Shown here: positions 41,314 through 50,674 of the stretch, piece after piece
Layout: each line of letters begins with the position of its first letter
Numbering within the stretch: position 1 is the first letter of the stretch
NCBI GenBank assembly: GCA_013286285.1
Contig: JABDGA010000002.1
Coordinates: 1,349 to 65,348 of the forward strand
DNA from: Alphaproteobacteria bacterium
GTDB taxonomy: Bacteria; Pseudomonadota; Alphaproteobacteria; Rickettsiales; JABCZZ01
Direction: 5' to 3'
DNA length: 64,000 nt
The notes under the pieces: model-generated
The model's input: only the letters and a program-made list of their open reading frames with translations
Database searches by the model: none
Told to the model about the DNA's origin: nothing
Position numbers and translations under genes: made by a program

Positions 41314-41421
41314 GAAATTGCATTGCCTGCTAGCTGATTTAATACTTATAAACCAAATTACACTAGCATCTTAGAATATCAAGAGAATAAGTAAAACAAA
41401 AAAATAATTCAATGTATGAAT

Positions 41422-41598
41422 TTAACGCGGAAATCCAGGAGAGTTCTTGGGCTTCATAGGCAATGATGGTAATTCCCCTGTTTGGCTATATGACTGTGCT
41501 GCACTATTTGCCCAACGCATCGCTGCTGCTGTTTCTCCGCCAAATGCCCCAAATTTGCCTGTTCTAAATTCGTGAGCTTCTTCTTCTATGATTGCCAT
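41422..41598 (-). CDS. Possible small ORF (58 aa), below the track threshold
   Basis: ATG preceded by 'gaggaagag'. Translation is MAIIEEEAHEFRTGKFGAFGGETAAAMRWANSAAQSYSQTGELPSLPMKPKNSPGFPR. No homology is recognisable. Confidence 0.3.
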   Translation of the reverse strand: MAIIEEEAHEFRTGKFGAFGGETAAAMRWANSAAQSYSQTGELPSLPMKPKNSPGFPR

Positions 41599-41884
41599 AC
41601 TCTTCCTCGTTTTCTTATCTTAGCACGCCATAGTGTTATTCTAGCTACATCTTTTTAATATTCCGTTAATTAAAGATGATATTTTATCTATTTTCTTAAC
41701 ACGTAGCGGAATGCTTTCTTCTATAATCAGATTATACCGAAAGTAAACCCTGCATGTCCATCGCATAGTGCACCTGTCAAAAACAGTTCACATGATTGTA
41801 ACGGAACTGTCATAAATCTTTGGCTTTCGTGGGAAGCAAGCAATTCTGCAGGGTTGAAAAGGAAAAAACAATGGGACGAGTCTA

Positions 41885-42244
41885 TTATTCGTCAAAAAAT
41901 TTCGGCTGGGTTGTATTAATATGGAAGGGAGGATTGGGTTTGGGGATATCGGTAATTTCATGTTCGCTATGCATCGCCGCTTTGACTTCAGGCGGCGGTT
42001 CGCCGCGGCCCGAGGCGACGACATCACCATACTCTGAAGGCTTAAAGTTTTCTGAGGCCTGGATTTTCCGGAATATCTCCTTTAGGTTGGCGCAGGTCAG
42101 TTGCAAGTAGCAATACACCTTGTCGCCGAACAAATTATTGCCTTCCAGCAGCACTACCACTTCCGCGTCCAGAAGTCCGTCATCCACCAGATCGGGGGAG
42201 ACGTATTTGCCGAAAGCGGGCGCAATCCATTTATTTTTTGTCAT
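41885..42244 (-). CDS. Hypothetical protein, paralogue B of the unknown ~120-aa family (GC-rich copy)
   Basis: 119 aa. GC 35/60 at 42001-42060. Lies 8 nt downstream of the 86-aa ORF. Confidence 0.6.
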   Translation of the reverse strand: MTKNKWIAPAFGKYVSPDLVDDGLLDAEVVVLLEGNNLFGDKVYCYLQLTCANLKEIFRKIQASENFKPSEYGDVVASGRGEPPPEVKAAMHSEHEITDIPKPNPPFHINTTQPKFFDE

Positions 42245-42252
42245 AATGCGTC

Positions 42253-42513
42253 CTAGTGACTATGGCCAGTGCTTTGGCCCCGGTTGGCGGCCTGAAACAT
42301 CTGGCGGTCGATTTCTTCCCGTTTCTTTCTTGCCTTTTCCAATTCTGCTATAAGCACCAAAGCCGCCATTCGCGATTTCTTCTTCCGCTCTTCGGATGCA
42401 TTTTTTATGACACCCAGCCCCGTAGGCAGCATGCTGTTGGCATCGACCAGCGCATCCGCTACGGCTTCATTAATGGTGCCGTCATTGTTGAAAAAGAGTT
42501 TCCAGTCCGTCAT
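42253..42513 (-). CDS. Hypothetical 86-aa protein with a basic coiled-coil-like C-terminal half
   Basis: '...EERKKKSRMAALVLIAELEKARKKREEIDRQ'. Tightly coupled upstream of paralogue B. Confidence 0.45.
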   Translation of the reverse strand: MTDWKLFFNNDGTINEAVADALVDANSMLPTGLGVIKNASEERKKKSRMAALVLIAELEKARKKREEIDRQMFQAANRGQSTGHSH

Positions 42514-42679
42514 TGCTTTTACGTATTTTTAATTTAGATCAATTCTAGCATACACGGCATAAGTTTTATGATAAGCAATGAGGCGAGTTTTCTACTACCC
42601 TGCGATTATGTCAAGAATAGTTTAAGAAATCTTTAACGATGTTCCGGTAATATGCTTTTTTGACTTTATTCAGTGAACT

Positions 42680-44635
42680 ATGACTCTACGTCTTACCGTC
42701 ATTCTGTTTGTCTTGTTTAGTTTGGTGCAGGCTCCGCAAGGATTCGCAGAGGATGCGGATGTCATGCACCGGCAGTCTGCCTTTCTTTTTGCCAAGCGTA
42801 AGATATGGAATGACGCCATACTGCATGCGAAAGCGGCGCATAATGCAGTGCTCGTTAAATATTTCACGTGGGAATATCTGAAGGATCCGCAGTCGGGCGC
42901 GAGCTTCGACAGTATCGTGAGGTTCATGGAAGAGAATCCCGGCTGGCCGGACAAGGCCACCCTTGAAAAGCGCGCGGAAGTTGCGTTGATGTCGGGCAAT
43001 CCATCCGACACGGTGCTTGCCGAATGGTTTCAGAAACACCCGCCGCAGACCAATCTTGTCCGATTGAAAATGGCGAAGGATGAGAAGGAACTTGATGCTA
43101 TGATCCGTCATGCATGGGTCATGGACAATTATGACAGCACAACAGAAAAAGCAGTACTTGCTAAATACCATGCGGTGTTGCGTCCGGTGGATCATATCCG
43201 CCGTGTTGATCGGTTGCTATGGGAAGGGAATGAAGATGAGGCTAAGCGCCTGCTCAAATTTGTGTCGACGGATCATCAGAAACTGTTTCAGGCGCGTATG
43301 GCGCTGGCGGACGACAAGCTTTCCGTCCCCATGGCATTGCACCGGGTGCCGAAGAGCTTACGGGGCGATCTGGGATTGCTCTATGAGCGTCTAAAGTGGC
43401 ATGTGCGCCATAATGACAGGGACGGGGTGCGCGGATCGCTGGCGAGTATGCCGAACGAAGTGCCGTATCCGGAAAAATGGTGGGGGATGCGCGAGCGTCA
43501 GGTGCGCGCGGCAATCGGCGAAGGAAATATCAACCTTGCGGAAAGGCTGCTGGCCCGTCACGGGCAGAAACGCGATACGCCTGGTTACAAGGAAGCGGAG
43601 TGGCTTAAGGGATGGATTGTGCTTAAATACCGTAAAGCTCCGCAGAAGGCCTATGCGATTTTTACGGCATTGCTTGAGCAGACGGAAACGCCGGGAAGCA
43701 AGGCGCGCGCTGCCTATTGGGCGGCCCGCGCGGCGGAGAAGATGGTCAAGACCGATCCGGCGCGCTGGTATGGCGAGGCGTCCCGCTATCCGACGACGTT
43801 CTACGGGCAGCTTGCATTCTGGGAGTTGAATAAATATGACCAGAACCGGCACGGCCATCCGGTGAAATCGAATAATTTGCCGACACCGGAAGAGAAGCAG
43901 CGTTTCCGGCAGCATGAGCTGGTGCAGCTGGTATATGCGCTGGCCGCCGCCAATGAAAGCGACGCAGCAAGCAAATTCATCTATTATCTTGCCCAAAATG
44001 CACAGTCCGGCAATGAAGCGATTATGGCGGCGGATCTGGGACGTGAGATCCATCGTATCGATTTCAGCGTACGCGCTGCCAAGAAAATATTGCAGCGTGA
44101 TATCATCTCGCTCGATAATGGCTGGCCGGTGATCGCCGTTCCCACGAATACAGCGATAGACAAAGCCCTCCTGCTGGCGCTTTCCCGCCAGGAGAGCGAG
44201 TTCTATGCCGGCGCAGTAAGCCCGTCCGGGGCGTATGGGTTGATGCAGCTTCTGCCAGCAACTGCCAAAGAAACTGCAAGAAAGAACGGGCTTTCCTATT
44301 CCAGCGATGATTTATTCGAACCGCAATATAATATGGCGCTGGGAAGTATTTACATGAACATGCTCGTGACGAAATTCAGCGGTTCCTATGTGCTGGCAGT
44401 GGCAAGTTATAACGCAGGACCCGGCAGGGTACGGCAATGGCTGGGGGAGTTCGGGCGTCCGACGGCGGATGTCAGGGAAACTGTAGACTGGATAGAAAAA
44501 ATTCCGACGGAGGAAACCCGCAATTATGTAGAGCATGTATTTGAGAATATGGAAGTATACCGTTTCCTTCTCGCCGGAAAAGCATTCGTCAGGACTATGA
44601 TAGCCGATGATCTGGTAAGGAGCAGTGGCCTTTAG
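42680..44635 (+). CDS. slt: Soluble lytic murein transglycosylase (Slt70-like)
   Basis: 651 aa with a signal peptide, a superhelical N-terminal domain and the catalytic 'SRQESEFYAGAVSPSGAYGLMQLLPATA'. Confidence 0.9.
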   Translation: MTLRLTVILFVLFSLVQAPQGFAEDADVMHRQSAFLFAKRKIWNDAILHAKAAHNAVLVKYFTWEYLKDPQSGASFDSIVRFMEENPGWPDKATLEKRAEVALMSGNPSDTVLAEWFQKHPPQTNLVRLKMAKDEKELDAMIRHAWVMDNYDSTTEKAVLAKYHAVLRPVDHIRRVDRLLWEGNEDEAKRLLKFVSTDHQKLFQARMALADDKLSVPMALHRVPKSLRGDLGLLYERLKWHVRHNDRDGVRGSLASMPNEVPYPEKWWGMRERQVRAAIGEGNINLAERLLARHGQKRDTPGYKEAEWLKGWIVLKYRKAPQKAYAIFTALLEQTETPGSKARAAYWAARAAEKMVKTDPARWYGEASRYPTTFYGQLAFWELNKYDQNRHGHPVKSNNLPTPEEKQRFRQHELVQLVYALAAANESDAASKFIYYLAQNAQSGNEAIMAADLGREIHRIDFSVRAAKKILQRDIISLDNGWPVIAVPTNTAIDKALLLALSRQESEFYAGAVSPSGAYGLMQLLPATAKETARKNGLSYSSDDLFEPQYNMALGSIYMNMLVTKFSGSYVLAVASYNAGPGRVRQWLGEFGRPTADVRETVDWIEKIPTEETRNYVEHVFENMEVYRFLLAGKAFVRTMIADDLVRSSGL

Positions 44636-44709
44636 GCCCTCTAAGTGTAGTATTGTGTAATACGGGTATCTTTGTTAATAAGGGGCTATCATCAGCAATC
44701 AGTAGCATC

Positions 44710-45384
44710 ATGTCCGATATTTCCATCGCCAAGCTTATTCAGGGGTATAAAAAATTTTACCGCAAATACACCGGTCAGGAATACAGCGATTATCGTAAGG
44801 CGGCGGCGCTTGGTCAGGAACCGAAGATCATGGTGATTGCCTGCAGCGATTCACGCGTCAACCCGTCTAAGATAATGCAGTCTAACCTGGGTGAAGTGTT
44901 TCAGGTGCGCAATGTCGCTAACATGGTGCCGCCGTACCGCCCGGATAAAGGTCATCATCACAGCACCAGCTCGGCGCTTGAATTTGCGGTGGGCACGCTC
45001 AACGTGGAGCATATCATCGTGATGGGGCATAGCGGCTGCGGTGGCATAAAAAGCCTGATTGACGGCGCTCCGGTGGCGCTTGACGGTGAATACAGCTTCA
45101 TCAGCCAGTGGGTGAATATCATCGCGCAGGCGAAAAAGAAGGTAAGCGCCTTGCCGAGGCAGGAGCAGTACCATGCCTGCGAGTTGGAAGCGCTTAAGAT
45201 ATCCTTGAAAAATCTTTTGAGCTTCCCCTGGATCGCCGAAAGGGTAAAGCAGGGTAGCTTATCCATCCATGCATGGCACTTTGATATAGCAAGCGGCATG
45301 ATGATGGCATATGATGAGGCCAGTGATAGTTTTTCCCCTGTGATAGAAGATAATGGCGCGGCGTCAGCAAGAAGAAACAGTTGA
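44710..45384 (+). CDS. Beta-class carbonic anhydrase
   Basis: 'CSDSR', 'HSGCGG'. Start at the ATG at 44710; the track ORF begins at TTG 44653. Confidence 0.9.
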   Translation: MSDISIAKLIQGYKKFYRKYTGQEYSDYRKAAALGQEPKIMVIACSDSRVNPSKIMQSNLGEVFQVRNVANMVPPYRPDKGHHHSTSSALEFAVGTLNVEHIIVMGHSGCGGIKSLIDGAPVALDGEYSFISQWVNIIAQAKKKVSALPRQEQYHACELEALKISLKNLLSFPWIAERVKQGSLSIHAWHFDIASGMMMAYDEASDSFSPVIEDNGAASARRNS

Positions 45385-46411
45385 AGAAAACTCAGCCCCT
45401 TTGCATCCCAAATGCAATGAACGTCTTATTGCACATGCGCAACAAGAAAAGCAGCTGCTTAAGATGATAACCGATAAACGCCTGCCGCATGCCTTGCTGT
45501 TCACCGGGCAGCAAGGCATCGGTAAGGCGACGCTGGCCTACCGTCTGGCGCGTTTTCTGCTTGCGTCGCAGGAACCCGGCAGCAGCCTTTTCGGCGATAC
45601 TCTGCCGCCGGAATCACTGCATATTGCGGCTACCCATTCTACCTTTCGGCGGGTGATTTCGGGAGGACACCCTGATTTGCTGATGCTGGAAGGCGATGAC
45701 ATCAAGATAGAGGAAGCGCGAAAAGTCCCGGAATTCCTTTCGCTGACACCGGCGGAAAGCGACTGGCGCGTAGTGGTGATTGACAGTGCGGAAGCCATGA
45801 ACCGCAATGCCGCCAATGCGTTGCTCAAGACACTGGAGGAGCCGCCGTCTCAGGCGGTCATATTGCTGGTGAGTCATAACCCGGGTGAGTTGCTGCCCAC
45901 TATCCGCTCGCGTTGCCGGACGTTCCGAATCCCTGCGCTTAAGGAAGAGGAATTTGCTTCTGTCATGTTGCAGATAGCTCCTGAAGTGGAGCGCTATGAT
46001 TATGGTAAATGGGCATTGCTCTCTGGAGGTTCGCCGGGGATTGCATTGACGCTGATAGAAGGCGAGGCGGACGTGCTTTATAAGGAATTGCTGGAGCGCA
46101 TCACCGAACAGGATACGGTGAAGCTGCATGCCTTCGCCGATCGTTTTGCGCGTAAGGATGCGGACAGCGACTGGCAGATATTAAAACGGCTGGTGCTCTG
46201 GCTGATTCCCCGGCTGGCTGCTCTCGGGAGTGGGATACGTGCGGAAGTGTTCCAGGGGGAGCTTGTGAAGTTGCAGCAAATACACGCCGCAAAGCCTGCA
46301 TATTTCTGGACGGAAATATGGGACAGGCTTGGTAGCCTGTTTTCAGACACGGAACGGCTTTATCTGGACCGTAAGCAGGCGATGATTACGCTTATGCGGG
46401 CGCTAAGGTAA
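45353..46411 (+). CDS. holB: DNA polymerase III subunit delta'
   Basis: 352 aa with 'HALLFTGQQGIGKATLA', 'ANALLKTLEEPP' and 'SRC'. Confidence 0.85.
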   Translation: MARRQQEETVEENSAPLHPKCNERLIAHAQQEKQLLKMITDKRLPHALLFTGQQGIGKATLAYRLARFLLASQEPGSSLFGDTLPPESLHIAATHSTFRRVISGGHPDLLMLEGDDIKIEEARKVPEFLSLTPAESDWRVVVIDSAEAMNRNAANALLKTLEEPPSQAVILLVSHNPGELLPTIRSRCRTFRIPALKEEEFASVMLQIAPEVERYDYGKWALLSGGSPGIALTLIEGEADVLYKELLERITEQDTVKLHAFADRFARKDADSDWQILKRLVLWLIPRLAALGSGIRAEVFQGELVKLQQIHAAKPAYFWTEIWDRLGSLFSDTERLYLDRKQAMITLMRALR

Positions 46412-46424
46412 GAAATCAATATTT

Positions 46425-47012
46425 TTACAAAACCCCTTTAGTAGAGGGAATGTCGTCGCTTTTGCGTGGGTCAATGGCGATGGCCTCACGCAGGGAACGC
46501 GCCAGCCCTTTGTAACAGGATTCCACGATGTGGTGGTTGTTTTCACCATAGAGGTTTTCTATGTGCAGGGTTGTGCCGGAATTAAAGGCGAATGCCTGGA
46601 ACCACTCACGGAAAAGCTCGGTATCCATTTCGCCGAGTTTGGGACGGCTAAAATTTACTTTCCAGACTAAATAGGGCCGTCCGGAAATATCAATGACGAC
46701 GCGTGACAAGGCCTCGTCAAGCGGAATGAGTGCTGCGCCGTAGCGCGTAATACCGCGTTTTTCACCTAGTGCTTGTTTAACTGCCTTGCCAATGGCAATT
46801 CCTATATCCTCTGTGGTATGGTGGCCATCAATGTGTAGATCGCCTTTTGCTTGGATTGTCATATCAATAAGGCTATGACGTGACAAATGATCTATCATGT
46901 GATCAAGAAAGCCTATGCCAGTTGAGATGTCACTTTTTCCAGTGCCATCAAGATTTACGCTAACTTTTATTTGCGTTTCTTTCGTATTACGTTCTACCGT
47001 TGCGATTCTCAT
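46425..47012 (-). CDS. hisB: Imidazoleglycerol-phosphate dehydratase
   Basis: 195 aa with 'RNTKETQI', 'GFLDHM' and 'HHIVES'. Confidence 0.95.
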   Translation of the reverse strand: MRIATVERNTKETQIKVSVNLDGTGKSDISTGIGFLDHMIDHLSRHSLIDMTIQAKGDLHIDGHHTTEDIGIAIGKAVKQALGEKRGITRYGAALIPLDEALSRVVIDISGRPYLVWKVNFSRPKLGEMDTELFREWFQAFAFNSGTTLHIENLYGENNHHIVESCYKGLARSLREAIAIDPRKSDDIPSTKGVL

Positions 47013-47095
47013 AATTCCAATACATTTTATTATGTCATCCCGCGACTTGATCGCGGGATCTCATGAGATTGCGCGGTCAAGCCGCGCAATGACGG
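47013..47095. repeat. Multi-hairpin intergenic repeat element, copy 2
   Basis: aattccaatacat...ATCCCGCGacttgatCGCGGGATctcatgagATTGCGCGGtcaagCCGCGCAATgacgg. It begins on the nucleotide next to the hisB start codon. Confidence 0.75.
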
Positions 47096-47161
47096 CTACT
47101 TTTGAAATATTAAAGAATAAAACCCTTGAAATCCATAAAATTCTATCCACATATAGGGAAT

Positions 47162-47710
47162 ATGAATGATACACAAAATCCTATAATATGGCACGGTACG
47201 ACCATTCTTTCTATCCGCAAAGGCGGTAAAGTGGTAGTGGCGGGCGACGGGCAGGTGAGTTTTGGCACGACTGTTCTGAAATCCACGGCAAAAAAGGTGC
47301 GCAGGCTGGCGGATAACAAGATTATTGCCGGTTTTGCAGGCGCGACAGCAGATGCGTTTACCTTGTTTGAACGTCTGGAGGCAAAATTGGAAAAACACCC
47401 TGGCCAACTTACCCGTGCCTGCGTGGAGTTGGCGAAGGACTGGCGAACGGATCGTTATCTCAGGCGGCTGGAAGCGATGATGGCGGTGGCGGATAAGAAA
47501 ACATCGTTGATTATCAGTGGTACAGGCGATGTACTGGAGCCGGAGTATGGCATTATCGGTATTGGTTCCGGCGGCAATTATGCACTTTCTGCGGCGCGGG
47601 CGCTTATAGATACCGAGTTGGATGCTGAGGAAATTGCGAAGAAGGCGATGAAAATCGCAGCTGAAATCTGCATCTATACGAATGATAACATCACGATAGA
47701 GACGTTATAA
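47162..47710 (+). CDS. hslV: ATP-dependent protease subunit HslV
   Basis: '[23 protein letters not shown]' and '[14 protein letters not shown]'. Start at the ATG at 47162. Confidence 0.95.
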   Translation: MNDTQNPIIWHGTTILSIRKGGKVVVAGDGQVSFGTTVLKSTAKKVRRLADNKIIAGFAGATADAFTLFERLEAKLEKHPGQLTRACVELAKDWRTDRYLRRLEAMMAVADKKTSLIISGTGDVLEPEYGIIGIGSGGNYALSAARALIDTELDAEEIAKKAMKIAAEICIYTNDNITIETL

Positions 47711-48079
47711 GACCTTCAGTTTTATAAGCTCGTTTTCAAGCTTGTCCTGTGTCAGGGGTTTTGCGATATAGCTGTTTGCGCCGCTGACATAGGCATGGCC
47801 GATATAGCTTGAGTGGTCGTGCGAGGTGCAGATAATAATCGGCACCTCTCTTCCTTTTTCCATCTGGCGTATTTTTTTCATCAGCTCTATGCCGTTCATT
47901 CTCTCCATTTCCCAGTCCAGCAGGATACAGTCGGGAAAGGTGCTGTTACAAATGGCCAGCGCTTCTTCGCCATTGGATGCGCTGTGCACATAGAGTCCGG
48001 CTTTTGTCGCACATTGTTCGATTATCATGCGATCAAAAGCCGTATCGTCTACCACAAGGCATGTTTTCATGGCCACCAC
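47705..48079 (-). CDS. Single-domain response regulator (CheY-like receiver)
   Basis: 124 aa with 'VVDD', phospho-acceptor context 'ILLDWEM', 'ICTS' and 'AKPL'. Starts 3 nt after the gltA stop. Confidence 0.85.
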   Translation of the reverse strand: MVAMKTCLVVDDTAFDRMIIEQCATKAGLYVHSASNGEEALAICNSTFPDCILLDWEMERMNGIELMKKIRQMEKGREVPIIICTSHDHSSYIGHAYVSGANSYIAKPLTQDKLENELIKLKVL

Positions 48080-48082
48080 GTG

Positions 48083-49399
48083 TTATTTACGCTTCGACAA
48101 CTCGACAAAGGGACGATGGGGTGCGCCGGTGAAAAGCTGGCGCGGACGCCCGATTTTCTGTTTCGGATCCTCGATCATTTCCTTCCATTGCGCCACCCAG
48201 CCGACAGTGCGGGCAAGTGCGAAAAGCGGGGTAAACATCTGCGAAGGAATGCCCAGCGCCCGGTAGATAATGCCGGAATAAAAGTCTACGTTCGGGTAAA
48301 GTTTGCGATCGATAAAATATTTATCTTCCAGCGCAATACGCTCTAGCTCCATAGCAATGCCGAGTAGGGGTTCGTCCTGCTTGCCAACTTCCTGAAGCAC
48401 TTCATAGCAGGCTTTGCGCAGTACCGCCGCGCGTGGGTCGTAGTTTTTATAGACGCGGTGGCCGAAGCCCATCAGGCGGCGTTTTTTGTCTTTCACCCCG
48501 GCGATGAATTCCGGAATTTTGTCCTTGCTGCCGATTTCCACCAGCATGTTAATCACGGCTTCGTTGGCGCCGCCATGTGCAGGGCCCCAAAGCGATGCGA
48601 TGCCTGCGCCGATGCAGGCGAAAGGATTGGCTCCCGATGATCCGGCCAGGCGGACGGTGGAGGTGGAGGCATTCTGCTCGTGGTCGGCATGGAGAATGAA
48701 GATCTTATCGAACGCGCGCGCCAGCACGGGATTGACCACATACGGCTCGCTGGGGTTAGAGAACATCATATGCAGGAAATTCTCTGAAAAAGTGAGACGG
48801 TTCTGCGGGTACACGAACGGATGGCCGATGGAATATTTATAGGCCATGGCGCAGAGCGTCGGCATTTTTGCAATCATCCGAAGTGCTGCAATTTCCCGGT
48901 GTTCGGGATTATTGATGTCAAGGCTATCATGGTAGAACGCGGAAAGCGAAGCGACTGCGCCTACGAGAATGGCCATCGGGTGCGAACGCCGCGGGAAGCC
49001 GCGATAAAGGAATTGCAGTTGTTCATGCACTATCGTACGGTGTGTGACTTTATTGGTAAAATCCTTCTTCTGTTCGGGATTCGGCAGATCGCCGTATAAC
49101 AGAAGATAGCATACTTCCGAGAAATCGCTTTTTTCCGCGAGTTCCGCGATGTCATAGCCGCTATAGCGCAATATGCCTTCGTCACCGTCAATATAGGTGA
49201 TTTTGGATTCACAGGCGGCGGTGGAGAGGAAACCCGGATCGAATGTGAAATATCCTGATTCGCTATAGAGCTTGCTGATGTCAATAACATCCGGCCCTTC
49301 CGAGCCTTTCAGGATAGGCAGTTCCAGCGTTTTATCGCCAATGGTGAGCCGTGCGGTTTTTGTTTCGGATACGAGTTTTGCGACTTTAGCTTCAGGCAT
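48083..49399 (-). CDS. gltA: Citrate synthase
   Basis: '[14 protein letters not shown]' and '[11 protein letters not shown]'. Start at the Met at 49399, preceded by 'ggaggac'. Confidence 0.95.
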   Translation of the reverse strand: MPEAKVAKLVSETKTARLTIGDKTLELPILKGSEGPDVIDISKLYSESGYFTFDPGFLSTAACESKITYIDGDEGILRYSGYDIAELAEKSDFSEVCYLLLYGDLPNPEQKKDFTNKVTHRTIVHEQLQFLYRGFPRRSHPMAILVGAVASLSAFYHDSLDINNPEHREIAALRMIAKMPTLCAMAYKYSIGHPFVYPQNRLTFSENFLHMMFSNPSEPYVVNPVLARAFDKIFILHADHEQNASTSTVRLAGSSGANPFACIGAGIASLWGPAHGGANEAVINMLVEIGSKDKIPEFIAGVKDKKRRLMGFGHRVYKNYDPRAAVLRKACYEVLQEVGKQDEPLLGIAMELERIALEDKYFIDRKLYPNVDFYSGIIYRALGIPSQMFTPLFALARTVGWVAQWKEMIEDPKQKIGRPRQLFTGAPHRPFVELSKRK

Positions 49400-49446
49400 G
49401 GGAGTCCTCCTTCTAAGAATCAACAGAATACTACAGAAAGGTTAAT

Positions 49447-50154
49447 TTAAAGTTTACAGCAAGCCTCTTCAATCACATTCTGCAATTTTGTAAGGAATTC
49501 ACGATTTTTCATGCCGTGTGTGATATTTTCTAAAAATTCTATCGTGATCGTGCCAGGTTTCTTAACAAAAGCATTTTTTTGCCAGAGATAGCCTGAATTG
49601 AGCGCAACTGGCACGACCGGAAGTTGGAGGCTTTGGTAAAGCGCCGCGACTCCGGGGTGGTAGAGGGAGGCGCTGCCCGGTGACATCCGTGTGCCTTCCG
49701 GGAAAATGATAATCGGGCGGTTTTCTTTCGCACGGGCCTTTGCTTCGCGCAGCATCTGTTTCATGGCGGACGCGCCGGACTTGCGATCGATGTAGATATT
49801 TTTCAGCCAGACAAGATACCAGCCGAAAACCGGAAAAAATATCAATTCCCGTTTTAGGACATAGGCGGGGCGATCCAGCAGCACCCAGAAAATAATCGTG
49901 TCCCAGGCCGATTGATGCTTGGAGGCGATAAGTGCCGCACCTTTAGGGATATGCTCGCGCCCGCGCACTTCATAGGTGATGTTGCACAGCACGCGCAGCA
50001 GCCACAGCGAACCCGCTCCCCATGCGCGGGCGATCGTAAACGCAAATGGGCGGTATACACAGACAAGTGGTATGCCGCATAGCCCAAGTACGGCAATCCA
50101 TGCCCAGAAAGCGATATTAAATAGGGCAGAGCGGATCAGCATGGCTTTATACAA
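49447..50154 (-). CDS. plsC: 1-acyl-sn-glycerol-3-phosphate acyltransferase
   Basis: 235 aa with 'HQSAWDT' (HX4D) and 'FPEGTR'. Confidence 0.85.
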   Translation of the reverse strand: MYKAMLIRSALFNIAFWAWIAVLGLCGIPLVCVYRPFAFTIARAWGAGSLWLLRVLCNITYEVRGREHIPKGAALIASKHQSAWDTIIFWVLLDRPAYVLKRELIFFPVFGWYLVWLKNIYIDRKSGASAMKQMLREAKARAKENRPIIIFPEGTRMSPGSASLYHPGVAALYQSLQLPVVPVALNSGYLWQKNAFVKKPGTITIEFLENITHGMKNREFLTKLQNVIEEACCKL

Positions 50155-50238
50155 TATTTATAAAAAGATTGCATTGTGGTGTAGTTTTTTTATGTTGGAT
50201 AATATATTTTATATATTTAATGAACCGTACAAAAGAAA

Positions 50239-50655
50239 ATGAAAACACGCATCTCTATTTTTGTTCTGGCTGCTGTTTTACTTGCAGGATGCAATAGCGG
50301 CGATTCTTCCTATTATACGGAGTATTCCCTGAATAAGAAGTTTGAAGGGCACCCGATCAATGAATTTTTCCATGCTTATGGTTTTCCTTCTGCCCGATTT
50401 GAAAAATCGGATGGCCAGATTATGTATCGCTGGGCTTCGTCTCAGTTAGATGTGTATCCGGCGCATGCGCATCCTGAAGCCTATTATTCTGATAAGGGAA
50501 CGTATGAGGTAGTGGATGAACCCCGTGGCGGAACACGCAGGCAGTATTGCGAGTTACGTATTCATACAGACAGGGCAGAGACTATCCATAAGATAGATAT
50601 TACGGTGGATTCCATGGGAAAATGGAGCAATTCAAGATGCTCTGAGATTTTCTGA
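50239..50655 (+). CDS. Hypothetical lipoprotein
   Basis: 138 aa with lipobox 'LLAGC' and no recognisable domain. Confidence 0.55.
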   Translation: MKTRISIFVLAAVLLAGCNSGDSSYYTEYSLNKKFEGHPINEFFHAYGFPSARFEKSDGQIMYRWASSQLDVYPAHAHPEAYYSDKGTYEVVDEPRGGTRRQYCELRIHTDRAETIHKIDITVDSMGKWSNSRCSEIF

Positions 50656-50674
50656 ACATAGTTGCAAGCAGAGT

